A DNA stretch of 52,369 nucleotides from positions 1 through 52,369 of IMG/VR virus record IMGVR_UViG_3300032330_001259, one strand, 5' to 3'. This stretch comes from a virus (lineage: Duplodnaviria; Caudoviricetes). Under the pieces are notes generated by a model that was given only the letters and a program-made list of their open reading frames with translations, was not told the origin of the DNA and made no database searches. A program made the position numbers and the translations under genes. Shown here piece after piece: positions 9,616 to 19,632 of the stretch. How positions within the stretch are numbered: position 1 is the stretch's first letter; the number at the start of each line of letters is the position of its first letter.

Positions 9616-10476
9616 ATGTCATTAGGATTTCCTACTAGTAATTTGGTAACAAATGTCACTACATATACTGTAGGAGGTAGAACATGGTTATGGAATGGGC
9701 AAGCATGGCGATTAAATAATACATTTGTTGGCTATACTGGTTCGGTTGGCTATACTGGTTCGGTTGGATACACTGGATCACTTGGTGATACTGGATATTG
9801 GGGATCAACGGGCTACACTGGAAGTAATGGATATAGTGACTATTATGTTAGTGACACTATACCCGCAGTTACACTTAAACCTGGAGATAGATGGTTTAAT
9901 ACTACCGACGGAATAGAATTAATCTATATGGATGACGGTGATAGCCTCCAATGGATTGAAGCTGTAGCATCAGGAGGTGTTGGTGTAACTGGATATACTG
10001 GATCAATAGGCTATACTGGGTCATTTAATCAAAATCTTACCTATACATTTAGTGGTACTAGCAGTACTCCAGCTTCGATATTTTATAATATGATTGAAAT
10101 AGCGACTGTAGTAGGAACAGCTATACCATCAACACTTAATTTTTATCTATCTTCTCAAAGTGTTGTGTATTATTCCACTGCTGCTACTGCTAATTGGACA
10201 GTAAACATCGCATATTCAGCATCAACTACACTAAACAGCATACTTACTACTGGTCAATCAATGACTGTACAATTACTTGTGACACAAAGTTCTCCAGCTT
10301 ACTATAATACCAGTGTACAAGTCGATGGTACTACTGTCGGAGTAACTACATATTGGTTAAATGGTGCTCCAACAGTTGGGCATTCTAATGGGGTAGATGG
10401 ATATTCATATGCTGTTATAAAAACATCAAGTACTCCAACATACACAATATTTGCAGCACAATCACAGTTTGTATAA
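9616..10476 (+). CDS. Short collagen-like fibre/stalk protein with tip domain
   Basis: N-terminal GFP...TWLWNGQAW module, GYTGS repeats, GDRWFN..LIYMDDG..QWI module, C-terminal beta domain. Confidence 0.75.
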   Translation: MSLGFPTSNLVTNVTTYTVGGRTWLWNGQAWRLNNTFVGYTGSVGYTGSVGYTGSLGDTGYWGSTGYTGSNGYSDYYVSDTIPAVTLKPGDRWFNTTDGIELIYMDDGDSLQWIEAVASGGVGVTGYTGSIGYTGSFNQNLTYTFSGTSSTPASIFYNMIEIATVVGTAIPSTLNFYLSSQSVVYYSTAATANWTVNIAYSASTTLNSILTTGQSMTVQLLVTQSSPAYYNTSVQVDGTTVGVTTYWLNGAPTVGHSNGVDGYSYAVIKTSSTPTYTIFAAQSQFV

Positions 10477-10487
10477 GGTAAGATAAT

Positions 10488-11465
10488 ATGCCAAAATTTG
10501 GATCATTTGGTGCTGGGGCTATACGAAATTTTGGATTTATCCCGCCAGCGCCAGCGCCTGCTGGGCAAACTGCATATATAATACCTGGAACTTACACTTG
10601 GACGGCGCCTTCTCGAGTAACTTCTGTATCTGTTGTATGTATCGGTGGTGGTGGTGGTGGGTTTCGAAGTGGTAGTGGTGGTGGTGGTGGTGGTCTAGGA
10701 TATAAAAATAATATAGCCGTCTCCCCGTTCTCAAGTTATACTGTTGTAGTTGGAGTTGGGGGCACTGGCGGTCCTAGTGCCTCAGTTACGGCAGGTGGAG
10801 ATAGTTATTTTATCAGTACATCAACAGTAAAAGGCGGTGGTGGTGCTAAAGGTACAAGCACTACTGGCGGAACTGGCGGAACTTATGTTGGAGATGGTGG
10901 CGGTAATGGCGGTGCTGGAGGTTCATATACTACTTCACTAAGCAGTGGGCCTGGGGGTGGCAGTGGTTCAACTGGGGGTGGGGGTGGCGGTGCTGGTGGA
11001 TATACTGGTACTGGCGGTGCTGGTGGTAATGGATCAAGCGGAAATGGAGCTAATGGAGCAGGTGGCGGTGGTGGTGGTGGTGCTGCCAACACTCAAGTAT
11101 ACGGAAATGGTAACGGTACACCGTCAGGAGCTGCTGGTGGCGGTGTTGGAATATTAGGATCTGGGTCTAATGGTACGGGCGGGACAGGATATAACAATTA
11201 TGGAACAAATGCACCAACTGGCGGGGGTGGTGGTAGTGGTGGAGGTAGTGGTGGTAATGGGTCAATAAACTTTATTTCTGGCAATGTAGGCGGTGTTGGA
11301 GGATCATACGGAGGTGGTGGTGGTGGGAGCAGTGGATCTGGAAACAGTGGTGGATACACTAGAGGTGATACAAATGCAGGAGGATCAGGGTCTGTAAGGA
11401 TAATATGGTCCGGAGATAGCGGTACAACTAGAGAATTTCCTTCTACTAACACTGGAAATTTGTAA
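10488..11465 (+). CDS. Glycine-rich (polyglycine) adhesin-like protein
   Basis: PGTYTWTAP..VSVVCIGGGGGG, many GGGGG runs, terminal GGSGSVRIIW; typical glycine-rich domain of phage receptor-binding proteins. Confidence 0.75.
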   Translation: MPKFGSFGAGAIRNFGFIPPAPAPAGQTAYIIPGTYTWTAPSRVTSVSVVCIGGGGGGFRSGSGGGGGGLGYKNNIAVSPFSSYTVVVGVGGTGGPSASVTAGGDSYFISTSTVKGGGGAKGTSTTGGTGGTYVGDGGGNGGAGGSYTTSLSSGPGGGSGSTGGGGGGAGGYTGTGGAGGNGSSGNGANGAGGGGGGGAANTQVYGNGNGTPSGAAGGGVGILGSGSNGTGGTGYNNYGTNAPTGGGGGSGGGSGGNGSINFISGNVGGVGGSYGGGGGGSSGSGNSGGYTRGDTNAGGSGSVRIIWSGDSGTTREFPSTNTGNL

Positions 11466-11487
11466 TTTTTTTAAATATTTTTTTAAG

Positions 11488-11494
11488 ATAAATA
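11488..11494 (+). promoter_or_regulatory. ATAAATA late-promoter-like motif
   Basis: Immediately upstream of ATG 11502, after a T-rich gap. Confidence 0.5.
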
Positions 11495-11501
11495 AAGCAG
11501 T

Positions 11502-12446
11502 ATGTCATTTAATCTACCAACCAATCCTTCTAATGGATACATTTATACAATAGGAAACCGTTCATGGCAATGGAACGGTACTTATTGGAAATCCACTACT
11601 TTAAATATTGGATTTACTGGATCAATAGGATATACTGGATCACAAGGTTCTGGATATACTGGTTCAGCAAGTACAGTAGCTGGCTATTGGGGATCAGTTG
11701 GTTATACTGGATCACAAGGTTCTGGATATACTGGTTCAGCAAGTACAGTAGCTGGCTATTGGGGATCTGTAGGATATACTGGATCAGCAAGCACAGTAGC
11801 CGGGTATTGGGGATCAGTTGGATATACTGGTTCTTGGGGATATTTTGGATCAACTGGTTATACTGGATCAGCAAGTACTGTAATAGGATACTGGGGATCA
11901 GTTGGATACACTGGTTCAATCGGACCAGCAGGAACATCAATTAATGTTATCGGAAGTTATTCTACTACAGCTAGTTTACCATCCACTGGACAAACAATAG
12001 GCGATGCTTATGTAATAACATCAACAGGTCATCTTTGGATCTATACAAATTCGTCAGCAGGTGGTAATATTAACGGGTTCATCGATGCAGGAACCTTTGT
12101 TGGATATACAGGGTCGACCGGAACAGGCTATTGGGGATCAGTTGGTTATACTGGATCAATTGGTGCTGGATATACCGGTTCAGCAAGTACTGTCGCAGGG
12201 TATACTGGTTCAGCCGGTTCTGGTGGTGGTGGTGGAGCTTCAGTAAGCATATCTACAACTGCACCAGGAAGTCCAACAGCAGGCCAGTTCTGGTACAAAT
12301 CTGATGAAGGTAAATTATATATATATTATGACGACGGGAATAGTAGTCAATGGGTAGGTATCACTGCTACTATCGCAGGAAGTGCAGGCGTAGGTACAAG
12401 CGGGGGTGTTGATTCTTTTGTATCGTCGTTCTTGCTTGGATTATAA
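11502..12446 (+). CDS. Collagen-like fibre/stalk protein
   Basis: N-terminal FNLP.NP.NG..SWQWNG module, GYTGS/GYWGSV repeats, FWYKSDEGKLYIYYDDGNSSQWVGITAT module nearly identical to that in the first gene. Confidence 0.78.
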   Translation: MSFNLPTNPSNGYIYTIGNRSWQWNGTYWKSTTLNIGFTGSIGYTGSQGSGYTGSASTVAGYWGSVGYTGSQGSGYTGSASTVAGYWGSVGYTGSASTVAGYWGSVGYTGSWGYFGSTGYTGSASTVIGYWGSVGYTGSIGPAGTSINVIGSYSTTASLPSTGQTIGDAYVITSTGHLWIYTNSSAGGNINGFIDAGTFVGYTGSTGTGYWGSVGYTGSIGAGYTGSASTVAGYTGSAGSGGGGGASVSISTTAPGSPTAGQFWYKSDEGKLYIYYDDGNSSQWVGITATIAGSAGVGTSGGVDSFVSSFLLGL

Positions 12447-12458
12447 TAGAGGAAGATC

Positions 12459-12791
12459 ATGGCAACAACATATAAAATACTAGGACAACTAGAATCAGCA
12501 GCAACTACACTTGAAACTCTCTATACAGTCCCTGCAGATACCTCTACTGTTGTATCAGCAATTAATATTTGTAATAGGACAAGTGGTTCTAAAGCAGTCC
12601 GAATCGCTATCCGACAGGCTGGTGCAATTATTGCCAATAAACAATATATTGCATATGATTTATCAGTTGCTGCAAATGATTCTGTAGCATTATCACTGGG
12701 AATAACACTAGCTGCTACTGATATCGTATCAGTTTATGCTAGTGCAGGGTCGTCTATTTCATGGAACTTATTTGGATCTGAGATTACGTAA
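12459..12791 (+). CDS. Small beta-sandwich virion protein/adaptor
   Basis: 110 aa, RBS GAGGAAG, YKILGQ..TLYTVPA..ICN..FGSEI pattern; stop overlaps next start (TAATG). Confidence 0.65.
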   Translation: MATTYKILGQLESAATTLETLYTVPADTSTVVSAINICNRTSGSKAVRIAIRQAGAIIANKQYIAYDLSVAANDSVALSLGITLAATDIVSVYASAGSSISWNLFGSEIT

Positions 12792-15700
12792 TGACAGTTA
12801 AACCATTTTCAAGATTAAACTATGCCCCAAGGAATTATAACGTCGTATCAGCAGTTATGGTACCGGTTTATAGTGTTTCGTCAAGCGTAGCTTCATTAAA
12901 CGAAGGTAGTGCTGTAACTTATACTATTTCTACACAATATGTATTAGATGGAACAGTTTTATACTGGACCACATCAGGTACCACAACTAGTTCAGACTTT
13001 AGCGATGGATTGACATCAGGATCTGTCACTATGACAAATGGAACTGCAACTGTAGTACGTACATTAACTAATGATATCATTACAGAAGGTTCTGAAACTA
13101 TAGTATTTGAATTACGTACTGGATCAACTTCAGGAACTATTGTAGCTACATCACCATCTGTTACAGTATATGATACATCCGTTTTGTTCATAACTCCAGA
13201 TACTTCGTCTGTAAATGAAGGCGGATCAGTAACTTGGACTATTAATGCTGTTGGATTCGGAACAGGTACACTTTATTATACTAATAGTGGTACAACTAGT
13301 GCTGGTGATTTTAGCGATAATTTAAACTCTGGTAGTATCGCTATTACAAGTGATAACGGAACGCTTACGAAGACTTTATTGAGTGATTTATCAACCGAAG
13401 GTAGTGAAACTATCATCATACAGATCCGCACTGGGTCAACAGCCGGCACTATCGTAGGGACATCAAATACAGTTACAGTTGCAGATACTAGCTATTCAAC
13501 ACAGGCATACAGCGTATATTTTAACACTGCCGCCAGTGGATTAGTTATAGCACATAATACTGCACTTGATTTAACTTCTGGTAATTTTACAATTGAATGT
13601 TGGTACTATAAAAATACTGCGTCAGCCAATGGCGAATATCTTTTTGGTAAAGGTGGAAATGCCAGTACCCGATATCACTCTTATGCTTTTCAGTCAACTG
13701 GAGTTAATACATATGGATTTCTAATTGGCGATAATACGGGCCCATCAACAGTTCAATCAATTAGTTTTGGAACATTGGATGTCAATACGTGGTATCATCT
13801 TGCAGCAATAAGGTCTAGTGCAACTATTACCACATTTGTTAATGGTAAACAAGTTACCACTACATCACAAGCATTGACAATGACTGATGTTGGAAATGCA
13901 TTGGTCATAGGCAATCAATATACCAGTGCTAGAACTGCTTTAACAACTGGAGCAGGACAAGGCCAATTAATTGGCGGATATGTCAGTAACTTACGTATCA
14001 TAAAAGGCACAGCAATATACACAACTGGAACAAACTTCACACCACCAACAGATAATCTAGCGTCTATAACAGGCACATCACTATTAATTAACGGAGCAAC
14101 TATCGCTGATAGTTCATCAAACGCATTTACTATAACAAACACTGGTACAGCAGTCGTCAGAATGGAAAATCCATTTGGTGATTATAGCATGTCGTTCAAT
14201 GGTAGCAGTCAGTATTTAACTACAGCATCTAGCGTAGCTGCTACTGGTGATTTTACAGTTGAATGTTGGGTCTATGCTACAGCATATACGACTAACATGG
14301 GAATATGGTCGATTGGTAGCACTGAAGCTAGTGGTAGATATCAATTATATCTTGCTGCTTCTTATACTTTAACTTTAGATCAGTACACTGTTGGCGGGCC
14401 TTCTTGGGGAGTTATAACCGCAAACGCATGGAATCATATTGCGCTTGTTAGGAGTGGAACAACATTGTATCTGTATGTCAATGGAGTATTAAGAACCGCA
14501 TCGGCAGGAGCCAATGGAGTATCATCAACAACATTAAGTGGAACTATAGGTGGTACTAATGGTTATGTTATTGGAAAAACGACATACGGACCAAATGCAC
14601 CATGGTCAGGATATATTTCAAACTTTAGATATGTTAACGGTTCAGCACTTTATTCTTCTAACTTTACACCATCAACATCAGCTCTAACTGCTGTCAATAA
14701 TACACAATTATTAACATGTCAATATGCTGAATTATATGATGCATCAACAAATCATTTGGCTATGACAAATATAGGTTCTACACCTGCATCATCGCAGAAT
14801 CCATTTGGTAATTATTATGCGTCGTTCAATGGAACCAGTCAATATCTTAGTGTTCCATATAACGCTAATCAAGCGTTTGGTGCAAACGATTTTACTATAG
14901 AAAGTTGGATATATGTAACAGACATATCAAAACAAGGTTATATACTTTCTGCGTGGTATGTCGTTGGTGGACAATTCTATATTATAGTTAATTCTTCTGG
15001 GCGTTTAGTTTTTAGATATGTTACCGGAAGCACCACACAAGTAACTGTTACGGCAACAACAACATCAATAACAGCAAATGCTTGGTATCACATTGCGGTG
15101 GTTAGGAATGGAACAACTATAACACTATATGTTAACGGAGTTGCTGATTCAACTACATCTAACATAGGTTCAACTGCTTTAGTCTATTATAATGGAACTC
15201 AAAAAGATATCTACATTGGTCTAGATGGTACAACTGCTGGAAATTATTTCGCTGGATATATAACTAATGCTCGTATTGTTATTGGTACAGCAGTTTATAC
15301 AGGAAATTTTACTCCACCTGCAACACCATTGGCAGCAACACAATCAAGCGGTACTAACATATCGGCTATTACCGGAACATCAACAACTTTGTTGACTTGT
15401 CAATATGCTAATATTGTTGACGCATCAACTAATAAGTTTACCATAACGAATGGTGGTACTGTTCAAACATATTTAACTGATGTATTTTCTGGTATTGTTT
15501 CCGGTGTAAACTATGCTCAGAAAAACTACAGTTTAAAATTAAATACAACTTCTACAAATCAATATGTTGATACATCCCACGCATCTAACTTTGCATTTGG
15601 TACTGGTGATTTTACTGTTGAATCGTGGATATATTTAGACAATAGTTACAGAATACTACCGTTAGAATCAGTCGGGCCGATGGCATGGTTTGGTGATAGT

Positions 15701-16225
15701 GGAGCTAATATTGCTGGAATATTTATACAAATGGGAACTGATAGGTTAAGCGTTTCTAGACCTGGTTATGCAACAAACGTATATCTTAGATATCCTGGGG
15801 CAACCACTGGAACTCCATACCTACAAAATAACACATGGTATCATCTTGCAGTAACAAGACAATCCGCAACTTGGAAAATCTTTCTTAATGGTGTACAAGG
15901 TACTACAGATTCGGCTGCTGATTATAGCATTAATACCACATCAGTTAGATTCGGAGGTTCAAGTGATACAGCATATGCTTTTCCAGGATATATCTCAAAC
16001 ATGCGTGTTGTTAAAGGTGTAGCTGTATATACCGGCGCATTTACTCCTCCAACATCACCACTAAAAGCAACACAATCATCAGGAACAAACATTGCGGCTA
16101 TCACTACGCAAACTAGTTTGTTAACATGCCAATATAATACACTATTTGATGCTTCTAATAATAAACTTGCCTTAACTCGTACAGGATCGCCAGACATGGT
16201 CAACATGTATCCGTTTCCAGTATAA
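12791..16225 (+). CDS. Multi-domain adhesin: two Ig/Calx-beta-like repeats plus four LamG (concanavalin A-like) domains
   Basis: Two NEG..V.YTI...TEGSETI repeats; four FT(I/V)E(C/S)W.Y ... W(Y/N)H(L/I)A..R ... GY(I/V)(S/T)N.R repeats. Confidence 0.85.
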   Translation: MTVKPFSRLNYAPRNYNVVSAVMVPVYSVSSSVASLNEGSAVTYTISTQYVLDGTVLYWTTSGTTTSSDFSDGLTSGSVTMTNGTATVVRTLTNDIITEGSETIVFELRTGSTSGTIVATSPSVTVYDTSVLFITPDTSSVNEGGSVTWTINAVGFGTGTLYYTNSGTTSAGDFSDNLNSGSIAITSDNGTLTKTLLSDLSTEGSETIIIQIRTGSTAGTIVGTSNTVTVADTSYSTQAYSVYFNTAASGLVIAHNTALDLTSGNFTIECWYYKNTASANGEYLFGKGGNASTRYHSYAFQSTGVNTYGFLIGDNTGPSTVQSISFGTLDVNTWYHLAAIRSSATITTFVNGKQVTTTSQALTMTDVGNALVIGNQYTSARTALTTGAGQGQLIGGYVSNLRIIKGTAIYTTGTNFTPPTDNLASITGTSLLINGATIADSSSNAFTITNTGTAVVRMENPFGDYSMSFNGSSQYLTTASSVAATGDFTVECWVYATAYTTNMGIWSIGSTEASGRYQLYLAASYTLTLDQYTVGGPSWGVITANAWNHIALVRSGTTLYLYVNGVLRTASAGANGVSSTTLSGTIGGTNGYVIGKTTYGPNAPWSGYISNFRYVNGSALYSSNFTPSTSALTAVNNTQLLTCQYAELYDASTNHLAMTNIGSTPASSQNPFGNYYASFNGTSQYLSVPYNANQAFGANDFTIESWIYVTDISKQGYILSAWYVVGGQFYIIVNSSGRLVFRYVTGSTTQVTVTATTTSITANAWYHIAVVRNGTTITLYVNGVADSTTSNIGSTALVYYNGTQKDIYIGLDGTTAGNYFAGYITNARIVIGTAVYTGNFTPPATPLAATQSSGTNISAITGTSTTLLTCQYANIVDASTNKFTITNGGTVQTYLTDVFSGIVSGVNYAQKNYSLKLNTTSTNQYVDTSHASNFAFGTGDFTVESWIYLDNSYRILPLESVGPMAWFGDSGANIAGIFIQMGTDRLSVSRPGYATNVYLRYPGATTGTPYLQNNTWYHLAVTRQSATWKIFLNGVQGTTDSAADYSINTTSVRFGGSSDTAYAFPGYISNMRVVKGVAVYTGAFTPPTSPLKATQSSGTNIAAITTQTSLLTCQYNTLFDASNNKLALTRTGSPDMVNMYPFPV

Positions 16226-16256
16226 TTGAGAAAAATAAATAAAAAGGAAATAAAAT

Positions 16257-16634
16257 ATGGGACATTTTGCGAAAGTAGTAGACGGAAAAGTAACTCAAGT
16301 CATTGTTGCTGAACCTGATTTTTTTAACACATTTGTTGATCCAGAGCTCGGCCAGTGGATACAGACTTCTTATAATACAAGAGGTAATATACACTATGCA
16401 CCAAACACAAATGAGCCAGACGGAGGTATAGCATTGCGCGGTAACTATGCAGGAATTGGATATACATATGATGATGTAAACGATGTATTTTATCCACCAA
16501 AGCCATTTAACAGTTGGGTACTTTCAACTGAAACTTGGAATTGGATGCCGCCAGTTGCTTATCCAAATGATGATAAATTCTATGTCTGGGATGAAGACAC
16601 TGTATCATGGAAAGAAACAACAATAAATACATAA
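16257..16634 (+). CDS. Conserved phage protein, possible fibre chaperone
   Basis: MGHFAKV..WIQTSYNT..RGNYAGIGYTYD..D.FYPPKPF.SW pattern typical of genes next to fibre genes; preceded by ATAAATA (16235-16241) and AAGGA. Confidence 0.7.
   Translation: MGHFAKVVDGKVTQVIVAEPDFFNTFVDPELGQWIQTSYNTRGNIHYAPNTNEPDGGIALRGNYAGIGYTYDDVNDVFYPPKPFNSWVLSTETWNWMPPVAYPNDDKFYVWDEDTVSWKETTINT
16623..16629 (+). promoter_or_regulatory. ATAAATA late-promoter-like motif
   Basis: In the last codons of the upstream gene, about 23 bp before ATG 16652. Confidence 0.45.
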
Positions 16635-16651
16635 TATAAAAAAGGTAACTA

Positions 16652-18604
16652 ATGCCAGCAATTAATTTCCCAAGTTCACCAAACGTTAATGATGTGCATA
16701 CTGCTAACAATTTGTCCTGGCAGTGGGATGGTACTGTCTGGCAAGCTGTTAATGCTACGATTGGATATACTGGTTCTGCAAGTACTGCTGCTGGATATAC
16801 TGGATCAACCGGTGCGGGATATACTGGCTCTGCAAGTACTGCTGCTGGATATACCGGGTCAGTTGGTGCTGATGGTGCATATGCTGCTAGAGGCTATACT
16901 GGATCATTGGGTTCATTAGGTTATACTGGTTCAACTGGTGCTGGCTATACTGGTTCAGGTGGATATTGGGGTTCATACGGATATACTGGATCAATAGGTG
17001 CTGGATATACTGGTTCAGCTAGTACTGCTGCTGGATATACCGGGTCAGTTGGATCTTCGGCGTTTCTTAACTTAATAGGTAGCGTAAGTACATATACATC
17101 TATCCCAGGATATCCTACCTCCTACACTGGCAGTAGCGGGGATGGATATATAACTGACGACGGTACTTTATGGATTTGGAAGCCCCAATCAGTAGGTGGT
17201 CCTAGTACAATTGATTATCTCGTCGTTGCTGGTGGAGGTGGTGGTGGTGGACATCTTGGTGGTGGTGGTGGTGGTGGTGGTGTAATATCAGCTTCATCAG
17301 TATCAATTACGCCAAATGTGACATATACTATTACTGTTGGTAATGGTGGTGCTGGTGGTATTGCTGGAACAAACGCAGCAGGTTCAGGAACTGATTCAGT
17401 AATAACTGGCGGATCATTCTCTGGAGTAACTGCGTACGGTGGCGGTGGTGGTGGCAATTATAACACTATGCGTCCGGGACTTAATGGTGGTAGTGGCGGC
17501 GGTGCACCAGGTGCAGGGGGAGGGCAAGGACAAACATATGGTCAAGGTGTTTATCCTGGATCGTCATATGTAAGCGCAACACGTCAAGGATATGATGGCG
17601 GTACTGGTTGGGCACAAGATGGTGCTGGCGCAGCAGCAGGTGGTGGTGGTGCCAGTGCTGCTGGTGGAAATGCCAGTGCTAATACTCCCGGTAATGGTGG
17701 TGCTGGTATCCTAGGATGGAATTCAGTATACTATGCTGGTGGCGGTGGCGGCGGGGGAACTAGTGGTGTAAACACATTAGGCGGTATTGGTGGTGGTGGT
17801 GGTGGCCGAGGTGATACTAATGGCTATGCTGGATCAGCTGGAACTGGTGGCGGTGGTGGCGGTGGATCGCTTAACGGAACTGGTAGTGGCGGCGCTGGTG
17901 GTAGTGGTATTGTTCTCATACGTTACTCGAGTGTATCAGCCGATTCTACTGTAACTAATTTTCCAACATATACAAATAGCGGTGGATATAAAACTTACGC
18001 ATTTACTACTTCTGGTACTATTATATTCAATACTCCAACAACAGGCTGGACTAATGTAGGCAATTTTAAAGGTTATACAGGATCAGCTAGTACAGTTGTT
18101 GGATATAGCGGTTCAGTAGGATTTACTGGTTCAGCAAGTACTGTAATAGGATATTGGGGGTCAGTTGGATACACTGGATCTTGGGGGTACTTTGGATCAA
18201 CTGGATATTCGGGTTCAGCTGGTGCTTATTCTGCTATAGGATTTAGTGGATCACGTGGATATAGCGGATCTGTTGGCTTTGTTGGATCAGCTAGCACAGT
18301 TGTAGGATATAGTGGATCACAAGGAGTTGGTTTTACTGGATCACAAGGTATCGATGGTGCATATGCTGCTATAGGATATACTGGCAGTGCAGGAACTGGC
18401 GGTGGTGGCGGTGGCAGTAGCGTGACTGCTTCAAGTACTGCACCGGCAACTCCGGCTGTTGGAGACCTTTGGTATAATACTGGAGATGGAGTGCTTTATA
18501 TATACATAAATAGTGCGTGGGTTTCAGCAGAATCTAGTAATCAAGATTATGGACAGGTACCCGAAACAGTAACCGCAACTAACGATTATGGGAGCATAGT
18601 ATAA
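16652..18604 (+). CDS. Collagen-like stalk protein with an internal glycine-rich domain
   Basis: INFPSSP..NNLSWQWDG N-module, GYTGS repeats, inserted DYLVVAGGGGGG...GGSGIVLIRY...YAFTTSGT domain, GDLWYN module, DYG-containing C-terminus. Confidence 0.8.
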   Translation: MPAINFPSSPNVNDVHTANNLSWQWDGTVWQAVNATIGYTGSASTAAGYTGSTGAGYTGSASTAAGYTGSVGADGAYAARGYTGSLGSLGYTGSTGAGYTGSGGYWGSYGYTGSIGAGYTGSASTAAGYTGSVGSSAFLNLIGSVSTYTSIPGYPTSYTGSSGDGYITDDGTLWIWKPQSVGGPSTIDYLVVAGGGGGGGHLGGGGGGGGVISASSVSITPNVTYTITVGNGGAGGIAGTNAAGSGTDSVITGGSFSGVTAYGGGGGGNYNTMRPGLNGGSGGGAPGAGGGQGQTYGQGVYPGSSYVSATRQGYDGGTGWAQDGAGAAAGGGGASAAGGNASANTPGNGGAGILGWNSVYYAGGGGGGGTSGVNTLGGIGGGGGGRGDTNGYAGSAGTGGGGGGGSLNGTGSGGAGGSGIVLIRYSSVSADSTVTNFPTYTNSGGYKTYAFTTSGTIIFNTPTTGWTNVGNFKGYTGSASTVVGYSGSVGFTGSASTVIGYWGSVGYTGSWGYFGSTGYSGSAGAYSAIGFSGSRGYSGSVGFVGSASTVVGYSGSQGVGFTGSQGIDGAYAAIGYTGSAGTGGGGGGSSVTASSTAPATPAVGDLWYNTGDGVLYIYINSAWVSAESSNQDYGQVPETVTATNDYGSIV

Positions 18605-19119
18605 TGGCTAAACAGATACAGCTACGTAGAGGAACTACTACGCAGATTTCATCATTTACAGGAGCAGCAGGTGAGTTGATATTTGATACTACTCTAAACA
18701 CGCTAACTGTGATGGATGGAACTACTGTAGGCGGAACATACATGGCTAAGAGCGCTAGCCCAACACTTACAGGTACTGTTACTGTCCCTTCAAGGATTGA
18801 TGTTACTGGAATAGTAACACACGATGCTGATCCTGTAAGTGCATCAGATATAAACTGCTCTCAGGGAAACTATTTTACCAAGACTGCTACAACTAATCTA
18901 ACATGGACATTTTCAAATGTAATTAGTGCTAAGGTTACTATAATCGTGCTGAGACTAACCAACGGTGGCTCGTATGCTATGACTTGGCCGGTGTCGGTAA
19001 AATGGGCTTCTGGAGTAGCACCAGGGCTAACTGCAACTGGTACTGACATATTATCGTTTATTACCGACGACGGTGGCACTACTTGGCGCGGAGTAGCTAG
19101 CATAATAGATGCAAGATAA
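18604..19119 (+). CDS. Short fibre protein with Mtd N-terminal-like domain
   Basis: QIQLRRGTT...FTGAAGELIFDT..TL.V.DG.T.GG matches the major tropism determinant N-terminal/hyaluronidase-type fibre motif; C-terminal TWP.SVKW..G.AP tip domain. Confidence 0.75.
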   Translation: MAKQIQLRRGTTTQISSFTGAAGELIFDTTLNTLTVMDGTTVGGTYMAKSASPTLTGTVTVPSRIDVTGIVTHDADPVSASDINCSQGNYFTKTATTNLTWTFSNVISAKVTIIVLRLTNGGSYAMTWPVSVKWASGVAPGLTATGTDILSFITDDGGTTWRGVASIIDAR

Positions 19120-19136
19120 AAGATAGGATTACCTTC

Positions 19137-19625
19137 ATGACAAAATATGCATATGCGCAGGATGGAAATATCGAGATATATAGCAGCTTGCCTGAATCTT
19201 GGAAAAATGTCAGCGGATTACATCACCTAGCTAATGATATCAATGCATTAAATGAATTAGGTTGGTATCAGGTTATTGAAGATGAGACTGCATATGATAT
19301 GTATACACAAGCACGTGGTAATGCGAATTATAGTTTCCAAGATAACAATGTTATAGAAACGATCGAGATAATTGATTTGTCACCAAGCGATGATTCAAAC
19401 GATATGATTAAAAATCTAGTAATGATGGAGATGCGTTCCATGCGAAATATGTATTTGCAGCAATGCGACTGGACACAGTTGTCAGATGCAGTAGAAACAA
19501 TGTCTGAAGAAGGTATGCAAGCATGGAAAACATACAGGAGATTGTTACGAGAACTTCCTGAATTATATGCTAACATCAATTTAACTTCGATCTCTCAGAT
19601 AATTTGGCCAAGTAAACCGGAATAG
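19137..19625 (+). CDS. Phage tail fibre assembly chaperone-like protein
   Basis: C-terminal RN.YL..CDWTQL.D...W..YR..LRELP....IIWP.KP motif. Confidence 0.8.
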   Translation: MTKYAYAQDGNIEIYSSLPESWKNVSGLHHLANDINALNELGWYQVIEDETAYDMYTQARGNANYSFQDNNVIETIEIIDLSPSDDSNDMIKNLVMMEMRSMRNMYLQQCDWTQLSDAVETMSEEGMQAWKTYRRLLRELPELYANINLTSISQIIWPSKPE

Positions 19626-19632
19626 ATAAAAC

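Noticed and set aside
11466-11487. Intrinsic terminator in the T-rich gap
   Set aside because: No GC-rich hairpin precedes the T-run.
18604-19119. Diversity-generating retroelement suggested by the Mtd N-terminal motif
   Set aside because: No reverse transcriptase, no C-type lectin variable region, and no template/variable repeat pair differing at adenines was seen in this window.
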